From Caldilineae bacterium (GTDB lineage Bacteria > Chloroflexota > Anaerolineae > DTLA01), in contig JBBIHX010000006.1 of NCBI GenBank assembly GCA_037446815.1, positions 1-55,979 of the forward strand: a stretch of DNA of 55,979 nucleotides, in the 5' to 3' direction. Below, piece by piece: positions 39,684-48,230 of the stretch. The position numbers and the translations under genes are program-made. The notes under the pieces were generated by a model. It had not been told where the DNA came from, made no database searches, and saw only the letters and a list, made by a program, of their open reading frames with translations. The stretch's first letter is position 1. Every line of letters begins with the position of its first letter.

Positions 39684-39805
39684 GGGGGCGGGTGCTGCCG
39701 TAACTTTACATAACACAACCGCGTGATGCATCGCGTTGTGTCTGTCGGATAATGGTTTATGTTAGGGCGAACATGGGCATTGTACCATAGGAAGCGTGGA
39801 GCACC

Positions 39806-39948
39806 AAACCCGTGCGTCCCGGAGAGAGCAGTTGTGTAACCAGAGGGTCGGACGTTCCTACGATGGCATCGCTGCGGCGATCTCATGGCTGGCAACTTGG
39901 GGCATGGCGCTGCGGCTCACGCACGCTACGCGCTGTAACACGGGACAT
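39806..39948 (+). ncRNA. ssrS: Candidate 6S RNA
   Basis: Manual fold gives a rod: CCCGTG/CACGGG closing stem, GAGC..CCA/TGG..GCTC stem, central bubble, apical ATCGC/GCGAT hairpin; not confirmed with a covariance model. Confidence 0.5.
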
Positions 39949-40147
39949 AGCGTTACCATGCGATGCTACAGTGCCTTGCGATAACAGGGACTTGCGACAA
40001 CAAGCTTGCTGCGTGAGATTGGTGAATAGTGCATCACGCGGTGAATCCGAGAGGGGTGCGTCTCTTGATGAGAAGTTGTTTTCTAGGACGATCCAGTATC
40101 ATTATGTCAAGTAAATGCCACCTAGAGAGCGGTTTGTAGACATAATA

Positions 40148-40247
40148 NNNNNNNNNNNNNNNNNNNNNNNNNNNNNNNNNNNNNNNNNNNNNNNNNNNNN
40201 NNNNNNNNNNNNNNNNNNNNNNNNNNNNNNNNNNNNNNNNNNNNNNN
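40148..40247. other. Assembly gap (100 N)
   Basis: N run. Confidence 1.
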
Positions 40248-40375
40248 CGAGCCCCCCACCCTTCCGGGTTCACAAGCACGAGCAGAAAATTCAGCGTAAT
40301 CAGCCCGATGGCTACGAGCACCGGGACGCCCTTATGATTGGCGAGCCAGTCAAAGAATCTCAGCATAACCTTCAT
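40248..40375 (-). CDS. Small membrane protein, 3' end lost in gap
   Basis: MKVMLRFFDWLANHKGVPVLVAIGLITLNFLL; GGAG SD; follows hflX. Confidence 0.6.
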
Positions 40376-40403
40376 GGCATGTGTTCTCCAGTCGCTGGGA
40401 TCG

Positions 40404-41708
40404 TCACAGGTAAGGTCTGATGGACGCAAGGAGCCACCTGGGTATTCGCCCCACGATGTGCGTACCGGTGGTGCGGTGCTCCTCGTGTTCTACCACGCCG
40501 CGCTCGTGAAACAGTGCGACAATGTCGCCCTCCGTATACGGGATATTGGCCTCTACGATAACCCACTCCTGAGCCAGCATGCGCCCGATGGCTTGCAGCA
40601 ACTCTCCTATACCTTGCCCCGTGATCGCGGAGATGGGAATTGCGTTCGGGTACTCAGCGCGAAGGGCCCGTGCAATCCCCGGATCGTTGAGCCGGTCAAT
40701 CTTGTTCAGGGCCGTCAGCACGGGGATTTGATGCGCTCCGATCTCCCGCAGGGTGGTCTCCACTTCACGCAGGTGCTCCTGGACATTCTTGTGTGATATG
40801 TCCACGACGTGCAAGAGTAAGTCAGCCTCGGAGATCTCTTCCAACGTCGCCCGGAACGCCGCTATAACCGTCGTGGGGAGTTTGCGGATAAATCCCACGG
40901 TGTCGGTGAGAAGCACGGTTTGCCCTCCGGGGAGTTCAATGCGCCGAGTTGTGGGGTCAAGGGTTGCAAAGAGTTTGTCCTCCGCAAGCAAATCCGTTCC
41001 GGCCAGGGTGTTGAGCAGAGTGGACTTGCCTGCATTGGTGTAGCCTACGAGGGCGACCACCGGCAAGTTCGCGTGTTCGCGCCGCCTGCGGTACTGCTCG
41101 CGATGCGTCCTCACGGCGTCCAGTTCGCTTTTGAGTTGCGTGATGCGGCGCTGAATCTCGCGACGGTCTACCTCCAACTGCGTTTCGCCGGGCCCGCGAA
41201 GCCCCACGCCGCCGATCCCGCCCCGCCCGGCCGAGCCTCCTACCTGGCGCGCCAGGTGGGTCCAGGCGCGTGTCAGCCGCGGCAAGCGGTACTGATACTG
41301 GGCCAGTGCCACTTGGAGCCGCCCCTCGTGAGTGCGAGCCCGCGCCGCGAAGATGTCCAGGATGAGGGATGTGCGATCCAGAATCTTGACGTCCAGAGCC
41401 TCTTCCAACTCGCGCAGTTGTCGGGGTGAAAGTTCATCGTCAAAGATGACGACGTTATAGCCCAAAGTCTCGCGCAGGGAGCGTATTTCGTCAACCTTGC
41501 CACCTCCGATATAGGTTGCCGGGTTGATGGCGTCCAGGTACTGATAGGTGCGTCCGACAACTTCTATGCCTGCGGTGTTCGCCAGGAGTTCTAACTCGTC
41601 CAGGCAGTCGCTAATGTCCCAGTCGTCTCTCTGGGCCTTCAGTTGTGCGCCAACCAGGAAGCCTTGCTCTTTCGGTTCCACAACCTCGTACAAACGTAGA
41701 TTCGCGAT
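40404..41708 (-). CDS. hflX: GTPase HflX
   Basis: GPGETQLE, GYTNAGKST, LFATLDPT, DTVGF, NKID; start is either ATC 41708 or TTG 41693. Confidence 0.95.
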   Translation of the reverse strand: MANLRLYEVVEPKEQGFLVGAQLKAQRDDWDISDCLDELELLANTAGIEVVGRTYQYLDAINPATYIGGGKVDEIRSLRETLGYNVVIFDDELSPRQLRELEEALDVKILDRTSLILDIFAARARTHEGRLQVALAQYQYRLPRLTRAWTHLARQVGGSAGRGGIGGVGLRGPGETQLEVDRREIQRRITQLKSELDAVRTHREQYRRRREHANLPVVALVGYTNAGKSTLLNTLAGTDLLAEDKLFATLDPTTRRIELPGGQTVLLTDTVGFIRKLPTTVIAAFRATLEEISEADLLLHVVDISHKNVQEHLREVETTLREIGAHQIPVLTALNKIDRLNDPGIARALRAEYPNAIPISAITGQGIGELLQAIGRMLAQEWVIVEANIPYTEGDIVALFHERGVVEHEEHRTTGTHIVGRIPRWLLASIRPYL

Positions 41709-41787
41709 AGTTTCACCTCCTATCTAGCGAAGAATGATACCACCTCAGATGTGGCGTGGCAAGTCCGAGGCGCGCCTCCTGCGGCGA

Positions 41788-41821
41788 GAAAACGAGAAAA
41801 GGGTCAGGCAGCCTGACCCTT
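41788..41821 (-). terminator. acpP intrinsic terminator
   Basis: AGGGTCAGG/CCTGACCCT stem followed by TTTTCTCGTTTT on the minus strand. Confidence 0.75.
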
Positions 41822-41856
41822 ATGGTAGCGTTTTCGGTTGTACCGTGCAGGCCGCG

Positions 41857-42093
41857 CTACTGAGCGCCGTGCTGCTCCAGGAATGCGACCGCATCTCCCA
41901 CCGTCTGGATCTTGCGGGCGTCGTCGTCGGAGATTCGTCCGCCGAACTCATCCTCAAAAGCCATGATGAGTTCCACCAGGTCCAGGGAGTCTGCGCCGAG
42001 GTCCTCCCGGAACCGAGCCTCTGGGACTACCTTCTCCTCTGGGACGCCTAGCTGCTCTACAATGATCTTCTTGACGCGCTCAAAGATGGTCAT
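41857..42093 (-). CDS. acpP: Acyl carrier protein
   Basis: [14 protein letters not shown]. Confidence 0.96.
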   Translation of the reverse strand: MTIFERVKKIIVEQLGVPEEKVVPEARFREDLGADSLDLVELIMAFEDEFGGRISDDDARKIQTVGDAVAFLEQHGAQ

Positions 42094-42236
42094 CTCACCG
42101 CCTCCTTAAGTGTAGAGAGTTGCAGTTCCGTACCGGTCGCGGGGCATTGTACCACACTCACCCCTGCATTGACAAGCACGGATTTCGCGACTAATATACT
42201 CGTCAGCAGAAACACCTTGTTACGGAGTAAGTTGCG

Positions 42237-43277
42237 CTGTCCAGAGACATTCACGAGCAGAGAAAAGCGGAGCATCTGAGGATCGCTCTTGAAGAGACGG
42301 TTTCTCCTGGTTATGTAAAGTCTGGCTTTGAGCGATACCGATTCCTGCATCAGGCCTTGCCCGAAATAGACCTGGATGAGGTGTCCACGGCCTGCTCTTT
42401 CTTGGGCCACGATCTTGCTGCTCCCCTGCTCATCTCCAGCATGACCGGAGGCACCCCGGCAGCGGGCGAGATCAACCAGCGACTGGCATGTGTTGCCCAG
42501 GAATTCGGGCTCGCCCTGGCGCTTGGTTCGGTTCGTGCAGCGATTGAAGACGCGCGCCTCGCTGCGACGTTCCAGGTTCGCCGATGGGCGCCGGATGTGT
42601 TCTTGCTGTGCAATCTAGGTGCGGTGCAACTGAACTACGGCTATGGCCCCGATGAATGCATGCGCGCCGTGGAGATGACCGAGGCCGATGCCCTGGTGCT
42701 TCATCTCAACCCTTTGCAGGAGGCCTTCCAGCCTGCAGGCAACACGCGATTCGCAGGCTTGCTCAAGGCGATAGAAACAGTTGTGCGTGATGTCCCCGTG
42801 CCAGTCATCGTCAAAGAGGTGGGCTGGGGCATTTCCGGCGACGTTGCTCGGCGCCTCGTGGATTGCGGCGTGTCCGCGATTGATGTCGCCGGCGCGGGCG
42901 GAACGTCCTGGAGCGAGATAGAGGGGTTTCGCATGGCTCCGGATGACGTGCAGCGTGAGGTGGCCAAGGACTTCCGCGACTGGGGCATCCCTACCGCCGA
43001 GGCCATCCGCCAGGTGCGCAGGGAGTGCCCCGAGGTGCCTCTTATCGGAAGTGGGGGCCTCCGAACGGGGATAGACCTTGCCAAGGCCCTGGCGCTCGGC
43101 GCAGATATCGGCGGTATTGCCCTGCCTTTCCTCAAGGCTGCCGTAACCTCGGAACAGGCTCTGCGCGACGAGGTCGTCCGGGTGCTTTCTGGCCTGCGCC
43201 TGGCGATGTTCTGCATCGGCGCGAAGGATGTCCCGTCTCTGCGTGCCACGGACCGCCTATACCACGAAGGGGGATGA
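42237..43277 (+). CDS. fni: Type 2 isopentenyl-diphosphate isomerase
   Basis: RKAEH, HQALPE, SSMTGG, HLNPLQE, KEVG.G, GGTSW; start inferred at CTG 42237. Confidence 0.92.
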   Translation: MSRDIHEQRKAEHLRIALEETVSPGYVKSGFERYRFLHQALPEIDLDEVSTACSFLGHDLAAPLLISSMTGGTPAAGEINQRLACVAQEFGLALALGSVRAAIEDARLAATFQVRRWAPDVFLLCNLGAVQLNYGYGPDECMRAVEMTEADALVLHLNPLQEAFQPAGNTRFAGLLKAIETVVRDVPVPVIVKEVGWGISGDVARRLVDCGVSAIDVAGAGGTSWSEIEGFRMAPDDVQREVAKDFRDWGIPTAEAIRQVRRECPEVPLIGSGGLRTGIDLAKALALGADIGGIALPFLKAAVTSEQALRDEVVRVLSGLRLAMFCIGAKDVPSLRATDRLYHEGG

Positions 43278-43281
43278 CACA

Positions 43282-44343
43282 TTGAGCGAGGGGCCCAATC
43301 ACGCGCAACTGCTCAACCTGGTGGACGCTGCGCTGCGCGATGCGCTTGCCGTGCCGCACCCTGCCCTAGCGCCGTTCTACGGCATGATGCAATACCATCT
43401 GGGCTGGGTGGACCGCAACCTCCGAGAGAACCCGTCCTACAAGGGCGGCAAGCGGTTGCGCCCCCTTCTGACGCTCCTCTCGTGTGAATCCGCGGGTGGA
43501 GATGTGAAGCAGGCTCTGCCGGCCGCCGTGGCCGTGGAGTTGGTTCACAGTTTCTCGCTTGTCCATGATGACATAGAGGATCGCAGCGAGTTCCGACGAC
43601 ATCGCGAGACTGTCTGGCGTCTGTGGGGAGATGCGCATGCCATCAACGTGGGAGATGGATTGTTCGCGCTTGCTCGTCTGCACCTCGGGCGATTGTTGGA
43701 CGCGGGCATCCCTGCGCTGCGCGTTGCTAGCGTGTTTCACGTGCTGGACGCGGCCTGCATTGCGCTCACCGAGGGGCAGTTTCTGGACATGCAGTTTGAG
43801 AGGACCGACTCGGTCTCGCTTGATGACTACTTCTGGATGATTCGCGGCAAGACGGCTGCCCTCATGGCGTGCGCTTGCGAAATGGGCGCCATGATCGCCA
43901 CAGATGAAGCGGGCGTCATGAAAGCCCTGCATGATTTCGGTTACAATTTGGGGATGGCGTTCCAGATAGCGGATGACATCCTCGGCATTTGGGGCGAACC
44001 TGCTGTTACGGGGAAACCGGCCGGGGATGACATCCTGAACCGCAAGAAGACGCTGCCCATAGTATACGTGCTGGAGACTGGCCAGCAGCCCGACGCCCCA
44101 CCCCAGTTGAGGAGCGCCGCCGAGGCGATCCGGCAGGTATTCCGGTCAGATCGGGTGTCCGATAGCGATCTGCGGCGCGTGCTCGCAGCGTTGGAGGCCG
44201 GGCAGGCCAAGGAGTATTGCACGCAGTTGGCTGAAGAATACACGCAGCAGGCTCTTACTGCCCTTTTGGCCCCGGGGCTGCTGCCGCGCCCTCGGGAGAG
44301 TTTGCGTCGGTTGGCAGAATCGCTGCTGGGACGCGAAACGTAG
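43282..44343 (+). CDS. Polyprenyl (GGPP-type) synthetase
   Basis: GKRLRP, SLVHDDIED, GQFLD, GKTA, FQIADD. Confidence 0.92.
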   Translation: MSEGPNHAQLLNLVDAALRDALAVPHPALAPFYGMMQYHLGWVDRNLRENPSYKGGKRLRPLLTLLSCESAGGDVKQALPAAVAVELVHSFSLVHDDIEDRSEFRRHRETVWRLWGDAHAINVGDGLFALARLHLGRLLDAGIPALRVASVFHVLDAACIALTEGQFLDMQFERTDSVSLDDYFWMIRGKTAALMACACEMGAMIATDEAGVMKALHDFGYNLGMAFQIADDILGIWGEPAVTGKPAGDDILNRKKTLPIVYVLETGQQPDAPPQLRSAAEAIRQVFRSDRVSDSDLRRVLAALEAGQAKEYCTQLAEEYTQQALTALLAPGLLPRPRESLRRLAESLLGRET

Positions 44344-44420
44344 TCCTGCTCCTTCGGCTCAGCCCATTAGCACCGCGGCGCAAGTTTCCACCCTACACAG
44401 GCACCCAACAAGCCGCGACT

Positions 44421-44513
44421 TGCCATAAGACTTCGCATAGCGCAATCTCTCGTTTCGGCACCTTTCCCAGCCGCCAACCTTGGGGCTTCTATGACTACGC
44501 GAAGTCCATGGCA
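44421..44513. repeat. 93-bp segment bounded by imperfect inverted repeats
   Basis: TGCCATAAGACTTCGCATAG / CTACGCGAAGTCCATGGCA. Confidence 0.5.
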
Positions 44514-44533
44514 TTAGCAAATTGTGTCTTCTC

Positions 44534-45316
44534 CTAGCCCTTGCTCCCTTGTTGCCCGCGCTCCCGCCCTAGCAGGGCCGCGCCGAGGGCGCCAACCAGT
44601 TGACAGTCCGTCGGCACGCTAATCGGCATGCCCAGCAAACCCTCCAGGCGCGCCACAACCCCCCGATTCAGCGCCACACCACCCGTCATCACAACACGCG
44701 GTTGGATTCCCACCTGCCGCGCCAGCCCGGCCACCCGCGCTGCGATCGCGTCCAGAAGGCCCGCCACAACATCCTCCATCCTCCGCCCCGCGGACAGATG
44801 CCCGACCACCTCCGACTCGGCGAACACGGTGCAGGTGCTGCTGATGGGCACCGGCTTTCTCGCCTGCCCCGCCAAATCGTCCAGGTCTGACACCGAAACA
44901 TCCAGCGTGCGGGCCATAACTTCCAGAAAGCGCCCCGTGCCCGCCGCGCATCGGTCGTTCATCGCGAACTGCACCACCCGACCGCCCTGCTCCACGCGCA
45001 GCACTTTGCTGTCCTGGCCGCCCACATCAATCACGGTGCGGACATCCGCAAACAGATGCGCTGCGCCCCGCGCGTGGCACGTGATTTCCGAGACCTCCAT
45101 GTCTGCGCCATCCATGCAGACGCGCCCGTAACCGGTAACGACCACAAACCGAGGGGCCTCGGGAATCTCCCCCAACAACGCGGATGCCGCCTGGACGCCC
45201 GAGCGTCCCGACGGCACCACCTTCGCGAAGATGCGGCTGCCCTCATCATTCAGCACCACGATCTTAACCGTAAGCGAGCCGATGTCCAGACCCACCCATT
45301 GCGTGTCGGCAGCCAT
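44534..45316 (-). CDS. 2-hydroxyacyl-CoA dehydratase activase (HgdC/BadF-like ASKHA ATPase)
   Basis: GLDIGS, TGYGR, DVGGQDSK, MNDRCAAGTGRF, STCTVFAESE. Confidence 0.9.
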   Translation of the reverse strand: MAADTQWVGLDIGSLTVKIVVLNDEGSRIFAKVVPSGRSGVQAASALLGEIPEAPRFVVVTGYGRVCMDGADMEVSEITCHARGAAHLFADVRTVIDVGGQDSKVLRVEQGGRVVQFAMNDRCAAGTGRFLEVMARTLDVSVSDLDDLAGQARKPVPISSTCTVFAESEVVGHLSAGRRMEDVVAGLLDAIAARVAGLARQVGIQPRVVMTGGVALNRGVVARLEGLLGMPISVPTDCQLVGALGAALLGRERGQQGSKG

Positions 45317-45317
45317 G

Positions 45318-45983
45318 TTACGCCACGCCCTCCAAGCGGAACCCGTGGCCGCGAACCGTTACAATCACGCCGCCTGCCCCATACGGGGCAAGCCGCTCCT
45401 TCAATCGCCGTACTAGCGCATCAATGGCTTGCTCGCTGACCCCCTCGGCGCTGTCTTCCGCCCAGACCGCCGTAACGATCTCCTCACGGCTTACGACCCG
45501 CCCGCGCGCCGTCCACAGGAGGTGCAAGAGCCGAAATTGCGCGGGGGACAGCGGTGGGTTCACCTCCTCGCCCCTTACCCACACGCGCCGCGATGCGGCA
45601 TCCAAAGACAGAAGATGTGCATCCCTCGCCGCTTGCGCGGTGGCCTCGCCGATGGACAGCGGCGTTGTCGCACCAGGGCCCACGAACACCATTTGGCAGC
45701 ACAAGGCAACCTGAATCTCATCCCCGTCATGCAATCGCCGCTCCTGGACGACCCTCTCGCCATTGACGAACGTACCGTTCTTGCTTTCGCAATCCCGCAG
45801 AACGAACTCCGAGCCAACCCTGACAATCTCGGCGTGACGCCTGGACACGCGGCGATCCGGGATCACAATGTCATTCCCATCATCGCGGCCAATCGTCAGC
45901 CGTTCGGCCACGAGCGGATACCGCGACGACACCGGGCCGAGCAACACGAGCATGGCCACATCCTCTTCGGGAATATCAGCCAT
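45318..45983 (-). CDS. FHA plus OmpR-type winged-helix regulator
   Basis: IGR..D, VSRRHA, SKNGTFVNG; VRRLKERL, TVRGHGF. Confidence 0.88.
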   Translation of the reverse strand: MADIPEEDVAMLVLLGPVSSRYPLVAERLTIGRDDGNDIVIPDRRVSRRHAEIVRVGSEFVLRDCESKNGTFVNGERVVQERRLHDGDEIQVALCCQMVFVGPGATTPLSIGEATAQAARDAHLLSLDAASRRVWVRGEEVNPPLSPAQFRLLHLLWTARGRVVSREEIVTAVWAEDSAEGVSEQAIDALVRRLKERLAPYGAGGVIVTVRGHGFRLEGVA

Positions 45984-46005
45984 ACCGGCACTCCCACAAA
46001 TCCGC

Positions 46006-46446
46006 TCAGCGGGATAGATGGGCAATGAGCGCCTCAATCCCCCACAGGTAACTGCGCCACCCAAAGCCCACAATGCTCCCAACGCAGACCGGCGCAATCA
46101 CCAGGTTGTGGCGAAAACTCTCCCGCGCGTGGATGTTTGACAGGTGAACTTCCACCACCGGAAGGTTCACGCTGGAAATCGCGTCACGAATGGCGATGCT
46201 GTAATGCGAGTATGCCCCAGGGTTGAGCACGATGCCATCCGCCCACGTGCGCGCCTGGTGAATGTGCTCAGCGATCTCGCCCTCACAGTTGGCTTGGTGA
46301 AACCGCAGTTCCACATCCCTGCCGGCGAAATGCTCCTCCAACCGCCGCTGGATGTCTTGCAGCGTATCGCGGCCATAGATCTCGGGCTGGCGCGTGCCTA
46401 GCAGGTTCAGGTTCACCCCGTTCAGTACAAGAATTCGCGTCGTCAT
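46006..46446 (-). CDS. aroQ: Type II 3-dehydroquinate dehydratase
   Basis: LNG.NLNLLG.R.P.IYG, NPGA..H.S, EVHLSNI.ARE.FRH. Confidence 0.93.
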   Translation of the reverse strand: MTTRILVLNGVNLNLLGTRQPEIYGRDTLQDIQRRLEEHFAGRDVELRFHQANCEGEIAEHIHQARTWADGIVLNPGAYSHYSIAIRDAISSVNLPVVEVHLSNIHARESFRHNLVIAPVCVGSIVGFGWRSYLWGIEALIAHLSR

Positions 46447-46467
46447 CCTTGCCTCCCGCCGTAATGA

Positions 46468-47268
46468 CTATGCGATGCGTCCGCCTGGAAGAGGCGGCCC
46501 GCCCGCGTACACCTCCTGCACGCTAACTATGCCGACCCCTCCGCGTTTCTGCCAGCGCCCCTTCAATTGATACGAGATGGCTTCAAATGTCAAGATGTTG
46601 CAGGCCACCGGGTCGCCATCCGCAGGCCACCCAAGCGGACCCTGGACGGCTCGGTGCACCATTTTGCCCGGCCCGGCAGGCTGTAGAGATAGCGCAGGTG
46701 CAATGCGCGGGTATCCATCCCCGCCGATCCACGCCAACACTTTCACCGCCACCATCTTCGCGAATTCCGCGCGCACCGGCATGGGCACAACAATGGTGTC
46801 CCCCACGCCATTGCGCGCCCGCGCGGCCGCAAGCCTTGTGCGCAGATAGTCCGCCGCCACGTTCATCCGACCAATGGCAAACTCACCCAGGAGCGACTTC
46901 ACGCGGAGGATGCCCGCGTTCCGCACGCCCGTATAGGCATTGTACCGAAGCAGCGAACTGTTCATCTGGCGCTCCACGTAGGGCCCTGTGCGCTGGAACT
47001 CCACAAAATCCGCCAGGAGGACCCACCCCTTCAATTCTGGCGTGATGACCAGCACACATACGCGCGCATCCTCTTGCAGGTTCTGTATGCTTTTCCGCAA
47101 CAGAAAATTGCCGAAGAACAGCGTGTCCGTCTCGTCCTCCGAGGGCAGTATGGAGACCACGGGCACGACATTGGGTACACCTGCCGCGCTCCGAGTGGCA
47201 AGGAACTTCGGCGTCATCTCTCCCCGCAGGGCGTCTAGCAGCCCTGGAGTGCGCTCCAAAATGCTCAT
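46468..47268 (-). CDS. Pyridoxamine-5'-phosphate-oxidase-like split-barrel protein, apparently tandem
   Basis: PKFLAT....GVPNV..KS..NL, then VKVLAW....GYP.I and SYQLKG. Confidence 0.6.
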   Translation of the reverse strand: MSILERTPGLLDALRGEMTPKFLATRSAAGVPNVVPVVSILPSEDETDTLFFGNFLLRKSIQNLQEDARVCVLVITPELKGWVLLADFVEFQRTGPYVERQMNSSLLRYNAYTGVRNAGILRVKSLLGEFAIGRMNVAADYLRTRLAAARARNGVGDTIVVPMPVRAEFAKMVAVKVLAWIGGDGYPRIAPALSLQPAGPGKMVHRAVQGPLGWPADGDPVACNILTFEAISYQLKGRWQKRGGVGIVSVQEVYAGGPPLPGGRIA

Positions 47269-47279
47269 TTCTCCCTCCA

Positions 47280-48218
47280 CTAATCGCGAGTTGCGCCAGA
47301 CCACTGGGCCACGGGCACATGCGCTACCGCCATGTGCCAGACGGCTTCCATCTCTTGCCGCGTCATGAGAGGCACGGAATCCAAGGCATAGTGCAAATCC
47401 AGCCGGTGGTACTTGGGTTTGCCCAGGTTCGTGTATGCGAGCAAATCCCAACGCTCCACGTTGGACAAATGCCCGCGGATGAACTCCCCTATGGCGGTGA
47501 TGTTATCCGCATCATCGGTGTAGCCGGGTATGACCGGAGTGCGAACCCACATAGGCTTGCCCATGGCCGCAAGATGGCGTGCGTTGGCAAGCACATTCTC
47601 ATTGCTCATGCCCGTTGCAGCCTTATGGCGCGCCGTGTCCATGATCTTCAAGTCCAACAGCACCAGGTCCACGAATGGCAGTATCCTCCCATAAACCTCC
47701 CACGGCATGACGCCGCTCGTGTCCAGCGCCACGTGAATGTCCTCCTCCTTGCAGCGCCGTGCCATGTCAGTTACGAACGCGGCCTGCATCATCGGTTCGC
47801 CGCCGCTGAAGGTTACGCCGCCGCCCGACGTTTCGTAGAACACCTTGTCCTTGAGGATTTCGGCCATCAGCCCTTCCGCGGTCCATCGTTGCCCGATGAC
47901 TTCCAGCGCCGAGGCAGGACAAGCCTGCACGCAGAGGCCGCACACCGTGCACCGCTGTCGGTCAATCCGCATGCCCTGCGGCGTCAACTGCAGCGCCGCC
48001 TCCGGGCACGCGCGAAGACAGTCCTGCGCCGCGATGCAGCGCGTGTCGTGCCACACCAAGTCGGGCTGGCTCCGCAGCCCTTCCGGGTTATGACACCAAA
48101 CGCATCGCAGCGGGCACCCCTTCATGAACACCGTGGTGCGGATTCCCGGCCCGTCCTCGGTGCTGAACTGCTGAATGTTGAACGTAACACCGGTGATTGC
48201 CATAACCTTTCCCGCCAA
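47280..48218 (-). CDS. Glycyl-radical enzyme activating enzyme
   Basis: DGPGIRT, GCPLRC.WCHNPE, ferredoxin-like insert, GGVTFSGGEP. Confidence 0.93.
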   Translation of the reverse strand: MAGKVMAITGVTFNIQQFSTEDGPGIRTTVFMKGCPLRCVWCHNPEGLRSQPDLVWHDTRCIAAQDCLRACPEAALQLTPQGMRIDRQRCTVCGLCVQACPASALEVIGQRWTAEGLMAEILKDKVFYETSGGGVTFSGGEPMMQAAFVTDMARRCKEEDIHVALDTSGVMPWEVYGRILPFVDLVLLDLKIMDTARHKAATGMSNENVLANARHLAAMGKPMWVRTPVIPGYTDDADNITAIGEFIRGHLSNVERWDLLAYTNLGKPKYHRLDLHYALDSVPLMTRQEMEAVWHMAVAHVPVAQWSGATRD

Positions 48219-48230
48219 TCTCCAAGGCTC

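Noticed and set aside
39700..40147. tmRNA next to smpB
   Set aside because: No tRNA-Ala-like ends or tag reading frame seen; the fold fits a short rod better
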